From assembly GCA_002269645.1 (NCBI GenBank), contig NIVC01000767.1:62001-126000 (forward strand): a stretch of DNA of 64,000 nt. The letters run 5' to 3'. The stretch is from Macrostomum lignano. Taxonomy: Eukaryota. Positions within the stretch are counted from its first letter, which is position 1; each line of letters opens with the position of its first letter. The notes below the pieces were generated by a model that did not search any database, was not told where the DNA came from, and was given only the letters and a program-made list of their open reading frames with translations. Position numbers and translations under genes: made by a program. Below are positions 22,201-35,600 of the stretch, one piece after another.

Positions 22201-24380
22201 GAAAGAGAGGACACCAAAGGCAAGTGCGCTTAACTGTCTTGAAACAGGCGGTTTATTGCTTAGCCAGACGTGGCTACATGAAATGCTGGATACTACGAAT
22301 TCGATATTTAGCTGAAAAGTACTTGGGCGTTTTTCAACTATGATACTATCACGATGAAATTTGGGATTTTTAGGGACTTTTCTGCACATTTCTTTTACGA
22401 TTGGCAGTCATAGACGACTACATGACCTACTAAATTTGTCTTTTAAGGTTTTAAGGCTTTTCGGGTAGTTGAAGATATATTAGCTCTTGTCTACTTCTCC
22501 CCTGCATGTCTACTCTCCCCTATGCTCAACTCTCGTTTGTCTATTCCTCATCCTCGGCTTTCATAGGCTCTCATATTGTTTATCTACTTCTCTCCCCTGT
22601 GCCCACTCCTCTCCTATCTACTTCTCTCCCCCGTGCCCTATCTACTTATCTCTCCCGTGCCCTATCTACTTCTCTTCCCCGTGCCCTATCTACTCGTACT
22701 CTCTCCCCGTGCCCTATCTACTTATCTCTCCCGTGCCCTATCTACTTCTCTCCCCTATGCCCACTCCTCTCCTATCTACTTCTCTCCCCGTGCCCTATCT
22801 ACTTCTCTTCCCCGTGCCCCCTATCTACTTCTCTCCCTCGTGCCCTATCTACTTCTCTTCCCCGTGCCCTATCTACTTCTCTCTCCGTGCCCTATCTACT
22901 TCTCTCCCCGTGCCCTATCTACTTCTCTCCCCGTGCCCTATCTACTTCTCTCCCCGTGCCCTATCTACTTATCTCCCCCCGTTCCCTATCTACTTCTCTC
23001 CCCCGTGCCCATTCATCCCCTGTCTACTTCGCTCCCGTGTGCCCACTTCTCTCCCAGACAGCCACCTAACTCTCCTTCTCAGTCCTTCAGTCGATCTATT
23101 TTCTCTTATCTATTTTTTACAAATATATACTTCTACAGCTACTCCTCATTTTTGCTCCCATACGATCTCGGTTGACCCAACAGATCCCAAAAATATCCCT
23201 TCACCCAGATGCGAATCCATTATTTAATTCCAATATTCTCTCGGTTTGGCCAATAAATTCCGCATTCATTCCCTATCCCAGCGAGCCCACAGCGGGTCAT
23301 TGGAAAAAGGCCAGGCGAGGCGACCGAACCGCGGCTAGAAAATTGCGATTTTTTTTCTAAAAAAATCCTCCCACTTCCCAGATTCCGCTACAAATCCTCC
23401 ATTCTGTCACTTTCTTCCCCCTTCCCGCCTTCCTCCGCGTCTGCCTCTCCGAAAGCCGAGCTGTCCCGGCTGTCGGTGTCATCAAGTGCGAACAATAATG
23501 ACCCGGTCATGCCTCCCAGCAACCCGTGGAGCGTGTTTGCAGTTTTTTAACCTGAATGTGGGCGTAAACGCGCAGAAACCACAGAGTGCTTAGGCTATTT
23601 CGACTACAATGACTGAAGCGCCTTACCCTTATGCCAATTTCCCTCTCCCCTGACAATTTTACTTGAGAGACTAGCTGAGGATCCGGCAGTTGAGGTTTGC
23701 TCACTGTTGAGGATTGGTCAGCGAAGCTAGAGAAATTCGAAACAGCGTGTCCCCAACTGGTGCCACCTGTTGAAGGTCCAGAAGCTCCACGTGGCCTCCC
23801 TATTTCCTGGGAAGGTTGGCGACTTGATTCTTGTTTGAGAATTACGCAACAAAAAGTTCTTTGATCCTATTTGCTTTTTTTCTTCCCCTGGCCCTTTCTC
23901 TCGTGCAATTCAACCATAGCTAAAGCTGTTATAAATCCCTTGAACTCGCCCATAGCGGACTCGATCGTGCAAGGCTCCTGGAATCTGCTCGAACTTTATG
24001 TGCGCCTCTTCGCCCTGGGCTCGGCCTGTGTCAACCCCTACCTGTACGGCTGGCTTAATGAGCAGGTGCGCTCGGGCCTCACCGCCTGCCTGCCCTGCTG
24101 CGCCGGGCCTCGCGGATTTGACGCCGAGGGCAGCGGCAGCCGCTACCGCGGCGAGTCACGCAGCGACTTCCGCAGCACCAGGCGGGGCTTCCTCGCCAGC
24201 AGCTGCCGGAGCGCCACCCGCCAGATGTCGCTGCAGCCGATGCGCCCGGCCAGCTCCGCCGCTGGCAGCGTCGTCGGCGGGAACGGCCACCGCGGCTCGT
24301 TGAACACCGATTGCAGCGGGGCCGTCGGCAAACGGAAGAACCGACAGCCGGTGTCTGTTGTCATGGAAACGGCGGCGTGA
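19230..24380 (+). CDS. Rhodopsin-family neuropeptide GPCR, NPY/NPF-receptor-like
   Basis: Exons 19230-19273 (putative first exon, donor GC|gtaagt, phase 2), 20058-21073 and 23956-24380 (phase 1). Motifs: SNLL (TM1), NVTNLFVLGLSLSD (TM2), IAVDRH (TM3), FCTEQWP (ECL2), FWSPW (TM6), CVNPYLYGWLNE (TM7). Exon 1 is less certain than exons 2-3. Confidence 0.88.
19600..20037. repeat. 36-40-bp minisatellite with CAATGATGCGGTCCAGTT core (GPCR intron 1)
   Basis: ~11 units, e.g. GAACACAATGATGCGGTCCAGTTCCTAAATGAAACACT, with a few recurring spacer variants. Confidence 0.9.
21074..21830. repeat. 28-bp minisatellite starting at the GPCR splice donor, ~27 units
   Basis: Unit GGACAGTGA(A/G)AGTCTGTGGGTTG(T/C)ACTC. 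Confidence 0.95.
22560..23040. repeat. ~23-bp pyrimidine-rich minisatellite
   Basis: Unit approximately CCGTGCCCTATCTACTTCTCTCC. Confidence 0.9.
23640..23860. mobile_element. Diverged, internally deleted relic of the foldback element at 38906-41693
   Basis: CCCCTGACAATTTT, GAGACTAGCTGAGG..GGCAGTTGAGG, GGTGCCACCTGTTGAAGGT and GGCGACTTGATTCTTGTTTGAGAA..GCAACAAAAAGTT all match the foldback arms. Confidence 0.75.
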
Positions 24381-24419
24381 ATTTTCAGCATTCATTTTCT
24401 AGTGGTTTCGCTTATAACA

Positions 24420-24927
24420 GCGACCACAATGATGCGGTCCAGTTTTTTCAGATATGAACACAATGATGCGGTCCAGTTGTTTTCAGATATGAACACAATG
24501 ATGCGGTCCAGTTCTTTTAGATAGTGACCACAATGATGCGGTCCAGTTTTTCAGATATGAGCACAATGATGCGGTCCAGTTGTTTTCAGATATGAACACA
24601 ATGATGCGGTCCAGCTGTTTTCAGATATGAACACAATGATGCGGTCCAGCTGTTTTCAGATATGAACACAATGATGCGGTCCAGTTCTTTTAGATAGTGA
24701 CCACAATGATGCGGTCCAGTTTTTCAGATATGAGCACAATGATGCGGTCCAGTTGTTTTCAGATATGAACACAATGATGCGGTCCAGCTGTTTTCAGATA
24801 TGAACACAATGATGCGGTCCAGCTGTTTTCAGATATGAACACAATGATGCGGTCCAGCTGTTTTCAGATATGAACACAATGATGCGGTCCAGCTGTTTTC
24901 AGATATGAACACAATGATGCGGTCCAT
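24420..24927. repeat. 35-bp minisatellite with CAATGATGCGGTCCAG core, starting ~40 bp after the GPCR stop
   Basis: ~14 units GAACACAATGATGCGGTCCAGCTGTTTTCAGATAT. Confidence 0.93.
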
Positions 24928-25905
24928 TTTTCCGAATTGTGTAACGTTAATTTGGTTTATGCTTGTGTGCATTGCAATCAATATCCGTTGTAAAGTTTCA
25001 CATTAATAATCTTGTTTATTCGCTTTTACCAGTTGGGTTTTTAGAGAAATTTTTCAATTCTTCGATATTTCACTGCTTGTATTTTTGTCTCGCATTTTTT
25101 GTTAACATTTGCATCAGCGCTGTTTACTGAAACAATCACAGCTGTCCAAATGGCTCCCCTGTTGTTCTAGTCTGTCAATTTTTAGAAAATTAAAAATTGA
25201 CAAAAATCAGTTTCGAATGTTGCTGTAATTCTAATTTTATTGATTTTTTAAATTTAATTTGCACCAGTTCACCGATTAGAAACACTACCTGCACAACAAT
25301 GCTGTGCAAGATCTTTTTAAACGCCAGAAATCACTGTAAAGATGCACGTTACAAGAAATACAAGAACAGTTCTGCAAAAAATGAAATCAGTTAAGCCGTA
25401 ATGAATCACCATGCGCATAGGGGGGTAATGGGCTTTCCAAGAAACGTGTGACCCATTTAGAACTCGCTAATACGGGGCCTTGCCGTTCAAAGGTCTCTCT
25501 CCATGCGCTCTGATTAGAGAGGCTGATTCGATAAGGAAAAAATTGAGCTAAAATGCGAAATATGAAATGCGTTTTTGATGACAGCTTTCCTGTGTGCTTG
25601 ACTGCAGCACCTTCCTAGCAATCTCCCCGCCCCTCAGCACCCAGGGGAGGGAGAGTTGCGGCAACTTTCGTGCAGATGTTAATCAGCCTGCCGCCTATGA
25701 AGTAATAATAATATTAATTAATCCACTTTGGACTTTCAGCTCTTACAAAAAAATCTAATGGCTTTGAGGTTTACCAGTCTAGTGACTTGACTGCCCCGAT
25801 TCTGACTTGATTAGTTCATTTCATGGAGGAGGGCTTTTTATAAGTTTCCGATGATCCAAAGTCACGTGCATTTCTAAGAAAATAGAAATAGAAATAGAAA
25901 TAGAC

Positions 25906-26781
25906 TGCCTCTCCGCTCCCTCAGTCCCTGAGAATCTGCCTCTCCGCTCCATCACTGCTTGAGAATCTGCCTCTCCGCTCCCTCAGTCCCTGAGAATCTG
26001 CCTCTCCGCTCCCTCACTGCTTGAGAATCTGCCTCTCCGCTCCCTCAGTCTCTGAAAATCTGCCTCTCCGCTCCCTCAGTGCTTGAGAATCTGCCTCCCC
26101 GCTCCCTCACTGCTTGAGAATCTGCCTCTCCGCTCCCTCAGTCCCTGAGAATCTGCCGCTCCGCTCCCTCAGTGCTTGAGAATCTGCCTCTCCGCTCCCT
26201 CAGTCCCTGAGAATCTGCCTCTCCGCTCCCTCAGTGCTTGAGAATCTGCCTCCCCGCTCCCTCAGTGCTTGAGAATCTGCCTCTCCGCTCCCTCAGTCCC
26301 TGAAAATCTGCCTCTCCGCTCCCTCAGTGCTTGAGAATCTGCCTCCCCGCTCCCTCACTGCTTGAGAATCTGCCTCTCCGCTCCCTCAGTCCTTGAGGAT
26401 CTGCCTCTCCGCTCCCTCAGTGCTTGAGAATCTGCCTCTCCGCTGCCCCATTGCTTGAGAATCTGCCTCTCCGCTCCCTCAGTGCTTGAGAATCTGCCTC
26501 TCCGCTGCCCCATTGCTTGAGAATCTGCCTCTCCGCTGCCTCATTGCTTGAGAATCCGCCTCTCCGCTGCCTCATTGCTTGAGAATCTGCCTCTCCGCTG
26601 CCTCATTGCTTGAGAATCCGCCTCTCCGCTGCCTCATTGCTTGAGAATCTGCCTCTCCGCTGCTTCATTGCTTGAGAATCTGCCTCTCCGCTGCCTCATT
26701 GCTTGAGAATCTGCCTCTCCGCTGCCTAATTGCTTGAGAATCTGCCTCTCCGCTGCCTCATTGCTTGAGAATCTGCCTCTC
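25906..26781. repeat. 31-bp minisatellite, ~28 units
   Basis: Unit GAGAATCTGCCTCTCCGCTCCCTCAGTGCTT, with variants drifting along the array. Confidence 0.95.
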
Positions 26782-27329
26782 AAAAATTATAACAAACAAG
26801 TAAATGCCTTTGTTGTGATTCTGATGAAATGTCAATTTCAATTATATTTTAGAATGCCATCTAATTTGCAGACTGCCTGAAACAGACCTTTCGCCTCTCA
26901 TATCCAATCATTGTTTACGTCAGAATTCTTTCAGCTTCTTAAAAAGCGACTAGGGATTTTTTCGGCAGAATGGGCGTCTCTGTATATCAGAGACAGCTGT
27001 TAATTGAATGCAGCTTTGCAGAGAATTAATTTGCATACCTAACGCATTGCCAAAGGGGGCTTCTCACCTGCTTCTACACTCTCAGCCCATATGGCTAGGG
27101 CTGAAGGAACGTAGGACCCAGTCCTTAAAATACAATATTAAAGAAGCCAGCCTGCGAGCTAACAACGTTTGATAATACATCTGCGTATTTATATGCGAGC
27201 GAGCTGGCTATTATGCTTTTTGTAACATTTAGCAACAATGTGTTAATGATTCAAGCTGCAGTCATCAAGGCTGATGAACACCAGCCCTCATGGCTCTCTC
27301 ACCCTCAAGGATCTACGATGTCTGTGCCT

Positions 27330-27495
27330 TGGGGCTGGCCCTGGCCCTACCCATCAGGCAAAATGTCCTACCTATCCGGCAAAATGTCCTACCCATCAGG
27401 CAAAATGTCCTACCCATCAGGCAAAATGTCCTACCCATCAGGCAAAATGTCCTACCCATCAGGCAACATGTCCTACCCATCAGGCAACATGTCCC
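27330..27495. repeat. 21-bp minisatellite, ~7 units
   Basis: Unit CCTACCCATCAGGCAAAATGT. Confidence 0.9.
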
Positions 27496-28315
27496 CTTGA
27501 TCAACAGAGCAGCGAGTTTTCAGTCTCCTATCATGTGCTCAATAACAAGCCTTAGTAAACAGGCAAGACGATTGTAATTAAAAGGCGCAAAAGCAAAGCA
27601 GAAGCCTTTCGCTTTGATTTCTGCTGCAAATGATTTCTTTCTTCTGCTTCCTGAAGAAGTTTGCTGCTGTGCGGACGCATTAAACTGACCACTTCAACCA
27701 AGAAGAGAGGCATGAATGCTCCTTTTCTGCTTAATTGATCAGATCTGGGCAGTCTGCTTGAGGTATCCAGCCCGCTTCGCTCCGTTCGCTTGGCCTGAGC
27801 TGTCGAGGACTTTGAGAGAAGCTGGTGCACTAGCTGACCTGGCTCAGACCCGCATGAGCTGATTGGGTGCAACTCTTCTTTTCATGCCCACTGCTCCTCT
27901 TGTGACAGCCCCATCTAGTCCTTACTGGCCTCAGCTGCTTTCACATCCAGGCACTCAAAAGCATTATCTGTGGCAGGTGTTTCAACACGAAATTTTCAGT
28001 ACGCTGATTAGTGCTCTGCAGTTACTGCAGTTTCACTATCATGGGCTCAGGAAATCAGGCTCTGTTGCAGAAGACAGGAGGGACATTGTGATTGAAGGGT
28101 GACTTGACTACTGAGCGTAAAAAATTGATTACGGGCTTGAATTTGGGCTTCTGTGACCTGTTGTCTCAGTGATAGACTGTCACGAGCAGTGCGTCATTCT
28201 AAAAGCGTAGTTAGGGCAAAAAAGACACTGATAGACAAAGAAAGGCGAGAAAAATACAAAAAGGATGCAAATACAGACTCGAAAACAAACATTCGGAGAG
28301 AAAACTAACGCAGAA

Positions 28316-29644
<1,329 letters not shown>

Positions 29645-30477
29645 TTTCCATTTCCATTTCCGCATTTCCAGCAGGAAGCACGCAATCCGAATTGATCCTT
29701 AGCTCTCACTCATTCCTTTCATAGTGCAGCCGCGGCCGTGAGCAAACAGGAGCATTAGACAGTAAATGGTGATCTATTTGACTTGCACCCGCTGGCAACT
29801 GGCGCCTTGCGGTGGCATGCTGGTATCCTGACACCATTGCGCATTCTTAAGTTCTTCAAATACATTTCTTGTTTGTTAATAGACTAGATTGGCATGTACA
29901 GTTTCAGCTTTGCTGCCTATATTTAGTGCCAATAGCTGACTATAAAGAATTGTGTCTCACTCGCTGCTCAGTGCTTTGAGACCGAGGTGAGTAAGGTGAG
30001 TTCATTAACCAATTCATCCGTTCTTCCGGAGCTGGTAAGGTGCATTGACTATTTAGTATGCGGACCGCACTTTCATAAATTAGGAGCTTTCTAAACACTA
30101 GTGGATACTTTATTAAAGATTTTTAATAAAGCAAACACCCACAGGGAGTGTAAAGTGGCCCTGTCATTTACACTTCAGGTCAAGGGGCCGCTTTAGAACC
30201 TCGAAATTTCACAAGCTCGAGCCTTCACAAGCTCGAATCTTCACATTGTTGAAAAGTCTTGTTTCTCACATCCGCAAGGCGCTGAATTTCACCATTAGCG
30301 ATGTCTTAGACAGATTTTTTTCATCTGTGCGCCTTCGAGGCCTGTGATCTTGTCTTCCTTGTCTCGTCAGGAATTTTTCTGAGTAGCTCACAATGGCCCG
30401 CAGCTAACCAGTATAATCATGTGCTAGCGAGGGGGAACACGCGAGCTGGGCGGCTTCTTACAAGTTTTGCTGCCACA

Positions 30478-30870
30478 CTCCCTCAGTCCTTGAGAATCTG
30501 CCTCTCCGCTCCCTCACTGCTTGAGAATCTGCCTGTCCGCTCCCTCAGTCCTTGAGAATCTGCCTGTCCGCTCCCTCAGTGCTTGAGAATCTGCCTCTCC
30601 GCTCCCTCAGTCCTTGAGAATCTGCCTCTCCGCTCCCTCAGTCCTTGAGAATCTGCCTCTCCGCTCCCTCAGTCCCTGAGAATCTGCCTCTCCGCTCCCT
30701 CAGTCCTTGAGAATCTGCCTCTCCGCTCCCTCAGTGCTTGAGAATCCGCCTCTCCGCTCCCTCACTCCTTGAGAATCTGCCTCTCCGCTGCCTCAGTGCT
30801 TGAGAATCTGCCTGTCCGCTCCCCCAGTCCTTGAGAATCTGCCTTTCGGGCTCCTTTAGTCCCTGAGAAT
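30478..30870. repeat. Second array of the 31-bp GAGAATCTGCC family, ~12 units
   Basis: Same unit and orientation as 25906-26781. Confidence 0.92.
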
Positions 30871-31469
30871 ATGCCCTTTCCTGTTCTTGTACAAATATTA
30901 GTTTTACCTTCGAACTGGATGATTAGTGCAATACTGCGCATAAGCTATTTATGCCATTGTGACTTTCTACCGGTAAGTTCGCCATGAAAAGATTTTATGC
31001 CTGGCCACCTAAGTTACAAAGGAAGTCGGCTAGCAGACAGCTGTTCACTATGCTCTATGTAATCTGCTTGAAGTGCGGAATCTAATGGTCTTATACGAAA
31101 TGCGGCATTCAGAATATCACTAAGCTTACGAGCGTATTATGACTGCCATTGCTCTCTTGGCACTAAATAGATGCTTCTTTTGTAGAAAATTGAATTTCCT
31201 TTGGAAATCCATCCCGCGTGAACTTTCGGTGTGGGGCAAGCGTGCGCTCTCCTGCTAATTAGCGGGTGGGCTCGCGGTCTGATTCATGCAGACGGTAGAA
31301 TTCGGTTTAGGGATACCGCAGGTTGCAGTGTAGGAAATGCGGGTTAGCTTTCCATTACATAGAGTACTTCTAGCCCCATGGCAGACGGGTTGTACTTCGC
31401 ATGAACTGTATGAGTATACGATGCACACTGCGGGGAGGCCTTTTGTAACATTGCACTGATGACATCAGC

Positions 31470-32570
31470 TGGGATTTCGATGACGTTTTCTCGGACTTTG
31501 ATGACATTTTCACTGACTTTGATTGTTTTTTCGGATTTCGATGACGGCGTTTGATGACGTTTTCTTTGGGTTTGATGACGTTTTCTTTGGGTTTGATGAC
31601 GTTTTCTTTGGGTTTGATGACGTTTTCTTGAAGTTTGATGACGTTTTCTTGAAGTTTGATGACGTTTTCTTTGGGTTTGATGACGTCTTAGGGTTTGATG
31701 ACGTTTTCTCGGAGTCTGATGACGTTTTCTCGGAGTCTGATGACGTTTTCTCGGAGTCTGATGACGTTTTCTTTGGGTTTGATGACGTTTTCTTGAAGTT
31801 TGATGACTGTTTCTTGAAGTTTGATGACTGTTTCTTGAAGTTTGATTACGTTTTCTTTGGGTTTGATGACGTTTTCTTTGGGTTTGATGACGTTTTCTTG
31901 AAGTTTGATGACGTTTTCTTTGGGTTTGATGACGTTTTCTTTGGGTTTGATGACGTTTTCTTTGGGTTTGATGACGTTTTCTTTGGGTTTGATGACGTTT
32001 TCTTTGGGTTTGATGACGTTTTCTTGAAGTTTGATGACGTTTTCTTTGGGTTTGATGACGTCTTCTTAGGGTTTGATGACGTTTTTTCGGAGTCTGATGA
32101 CGTTTTCTCGGAGTCTGATGACGTTTTCTCGGAGTCTGATGACGTTTTATTTGGGTTTGATGACGTTTTCTTTGGGTTTGATGACGTTTTCTTGAAGTTT
32201 GATGACGTTTTCTTGAAGTTTGATGACGTTTTCTTTGGGTTTGATGACGTCTTCTTAGGGTTTGATGACGTTTTTTCGGAGTCTGATGACGTTTTCTCGG
32301 AGTCTGATGACGTTTTCTCGGAGTCTGATGACGTTTTATTTGGGTTTGATGACGTTTTCTTGAAGTTTGATGACGTTTTCTTGAAGTTTGATGACGTCTT
32401 CTTAGGGTTTGATGACGTTTTCTCGGAGTCTGATGACGTTTTCTTTGGGTTTGATGACGTTTTCTTGAAGTTTGATGACGTTTTCTCGGAGTCTGATGAC
32501 GTTTTCTCGGAGTCTGATGACGTTTTTCTGCGAGTCTGATGACGTTTTCTCGGAGTTTGATAAAGTCAGC
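31470..32570. repeat. 21-bp TGATGACGT minisatellite ending ~80 bp before the DEG/ENaC ATG, ~50 units
   Basis: Unit TTTGATGACGTTTTC + (TTTGGG / TTGAAG / TCGGAG) variants. Confidence 0.95.
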
Positions 32571-32652
32571 TCGGAGTTTAGAGTCGTTACTCTGCCTTCT
32601 GCTTCCGCTTCACTACATTGATGAAGTCAGTCTCAAACAAATTTCCAGAAGG

Positions 32653-35600
32653 ATGTCCAGCAAGCCGGCTGCAGCCGACAGCCTCGCTGGCAGCTCCGAG
32701 GCCCGACCGATCCTCGGCGACGACGCAGAAAATTCCTCCGCTCTGCTGACTGCCGCCGCCGTGTCGGCCGTGGCCGCCGATTGGTCCTCGTCCACCTCGC
32801 TGCACGGAGTGGCACACCTGTCAACTACGTCCTGCTGTCGGCGTCTTCTGTGGCTTCTGCTACTGTTGGCCTCTTTGGGTGCTTTTCTGGCCATCTTGGG
32901 CACGTTGATTATGAAGTACAGGAGCTACCCAGTCAGCTGGGTGCATGAGGAGAACGTGGTGTCTAGCATGGCCTTCCCAGCAGTAAGTTCACCGTTTATT
33001 TTATCCATATTTTCATTCTAACTCCCTTTTCAGGAAACTCTGTTCTAAAAATTCTAAATTTCTTTTCGCTTCAATTAATAGAAAATAGAATGGCATCATT
33101 TGTTATTTTACATCCCACCAATTACCCATAAGCAATAAAATTTCAGCAATTCCCCTCATGAACCTAGACATCTCAGCAATACCCCCCCTGAGCTACAGAA
33201 TTTCAACGATTCCCTAATGAGTCTTTATATAATTGACATATTTATGGTTGAATCTAATCCTGCTAAGAGTCAGGATTTCAGCAATGTTCTTAAAATATTA
33301 TTCGTAATATTCAACTTTCATAATATTCAACTGCTGCAATATTTCAGAAACGAGTTGAAATTAATTTATATTGATTTACAAAGAAGAGGAAGAAAATAAT
33401 TCCCTTCAATGCGGTTGCGGGTTGGAGCGGGTTGAAGGCTTCCTTTGCCCGAAAACAGTGAATAGGTCAACAGGTGCAAAAGCAGTTTACGTACCTTACT
33501 AAAGGCGACTAAATTAATCCTGCAATTTGCGTATTAAAGAATCGTCACTGCAGACTTGTTGACCCGATAAAGACTATCTGGAATTCTGCCTCAATGTTGG
33601 CCTGTTTGTCAATTCAATTTCATGTTTATTCGAAATTTTTAAATAAGCCAGAGGCGGAAGTGGCGATGTGATTGCATTTTGTCTGGCCTTTCTAAGAAAG
33701 TATTAACCTTGCAATTAGCAGATTGCTTGCAGTTGTACGCACTTGTTTACCTCCAGGAGGGTTTGCTCAATTTGTAACCTATTATTTGAAGAATATTTTA
33801 TGCCAAATTAGAGACTCACGAATGTACATCATTGAGAGCAAGGGCTTTGGGGCTGTAGATTGGGGGAGAGACATTTGCGAATGTACATTGAGGGCAAGGG
33901 CTTTGGGGCTGTAGATTGGGGGAGAGACATTTGCGAATGTACATTGAGGGCAAGGGCTTTGGGGCTGTAGATTGGGGGAGAGACATTTGCGAATGTACAT
34001 TGAGGGCAAGGGCTTTGGGGCTGTAGATTGGGGGAGAGACATTTGCGAATGTACATTGAGGGTAAGGACATACCTACCTACCTACCGACAGACCATTTTT
34101 AGTATGGATATTGGATATTGGGGGAGAGACATTTGCGAATGTACATTGAGGGCAAGGGCTTTGGGGCTGTAGATTAGGGGAGAGAGATTTGCGAATGTAC
34201 ATTGAGGGCAAGGGCTTTGGGGCTGTAGATTAGGGGAGAGAGATTTGCGAATGTACATTGAGGGCAAGAGCTTTAGGGCTGTAGATTTGGGAGAGGGAGA
34301 CAGTCCTGCAACAAACCTCTTTTGGCCCAAGACTCCATCCTTCTGATGGGCCAATTAGCTCATTTTCTCGAATTACTCCAGGTGACGTTGTGCCCACTCA
34401 ATCCGGTCTCTCGTTACTTGAGCGCACGCAGTCCAAAAGTGCGCAGCCTGCTAGGCGTGCTGACTCATCAGGACAATGAAAACAGTCTGCCACCGTCAAA
34501 TCGGCGAAGGTTGAAGCCCCGAAGGCCGCGCGGTTTCCATCGCTGGAGTCGACTTCGTCAATGCAGGTGGGCACACGCATCGGCGGCCGAGTCCGCCTGG
34601 AGGCGCGTCCAGCCCAACAGGCCGAAGCGGTTGCAGACTCTGCGGGACACCGTGCAGATGGCCCTGGCCGCGCTGTCCGATGCCGACCAGGTGAGGCTTA
34701 AGGGAGAGAGAGAGACAAGGGATAGAGCAGGGACTTCTCTATTTAGCATCTATGTTATATTATATGTTAGATCATATGTTATATGTTAGATGCTATATAG
34801 AGAAGTCCCTGGATAGAGAGAGAGAGGGAGAGAGGAGAGGTCACGGCGTATTGAGGTCTAAAATTATTGGCTACCGGTTTCAAGCCTCTGGGCTCTTCGT
34901 CAGGCCAAAAGGACCGGTTTCTGTTTCTTCATTGTCCGTCGTCAGCTGATCTTAACTGATGAGCCAGGGCCTCACAGTTAAAGGCGCATGTTCGAAGTTC
35001 TAATAAACTTTTGTAACCATACGTGTATAAAATATTCGCTTAACATTCTGTTCTGTCTACTTTTAGTAGGCAATCACAAAAATTGCTAAAATCACGAAAT
35101 TTTCCGTCGGGAGGTCGTAATAGCTAAATTTAATGAAACTTTAGCTTGCTCAATTTTGCTTTAAAAAGCATTGGCAAGATAAAAAGTTCAAAAACAAATC
35201 TCTTTGTATGAAGATGCAAGCTTATAAAGTGGCTGAGTGATTGATTGGAATTCGATTTACAATGTTGGCAATAAACTAAACTTAACTCCATCCCGTGCTT
35301 AACTTGGCATCTTTGTTTTACGTCCGCCGACTTCTACTGCCAAATCTGGGGGTGTATAATAATAAATATTCGCAGAACGGTTGCGGGCACCCTCTGGCAC
35401 ATCGTCCGACGTCACATCGTCTGGCTCGCTGTGCCTTGCGGGTTGGCCCTCATGGCCTGTGAACCGTCGCACAACTGAATGTGGCCACCCCCAATCCGCA
35501 CTGTAAAACTGCACTGCGCCCTCACACACAGGCCTCCGTGATGCCCAGTCTGGGCGGTCTCATGGCCGACTGCCAGTTCAACGGGCGCCAGTGCACGCCG

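Noticed and set aside
27552-28102. Coding-like composition on the minus strand
   Set aside because: Interrupted by stops, with no recognisable motif. It may be an old TE or pseudogene fragment but cannot be supported.
31523-32539. 338-aa FDDVF-repeat ORF abutting the DEG/ENaC frame
   Set aside because: Product of the stop-free 21-bp array. It ends in TGA, and the channel's own ATG and HG motif lie downstream.
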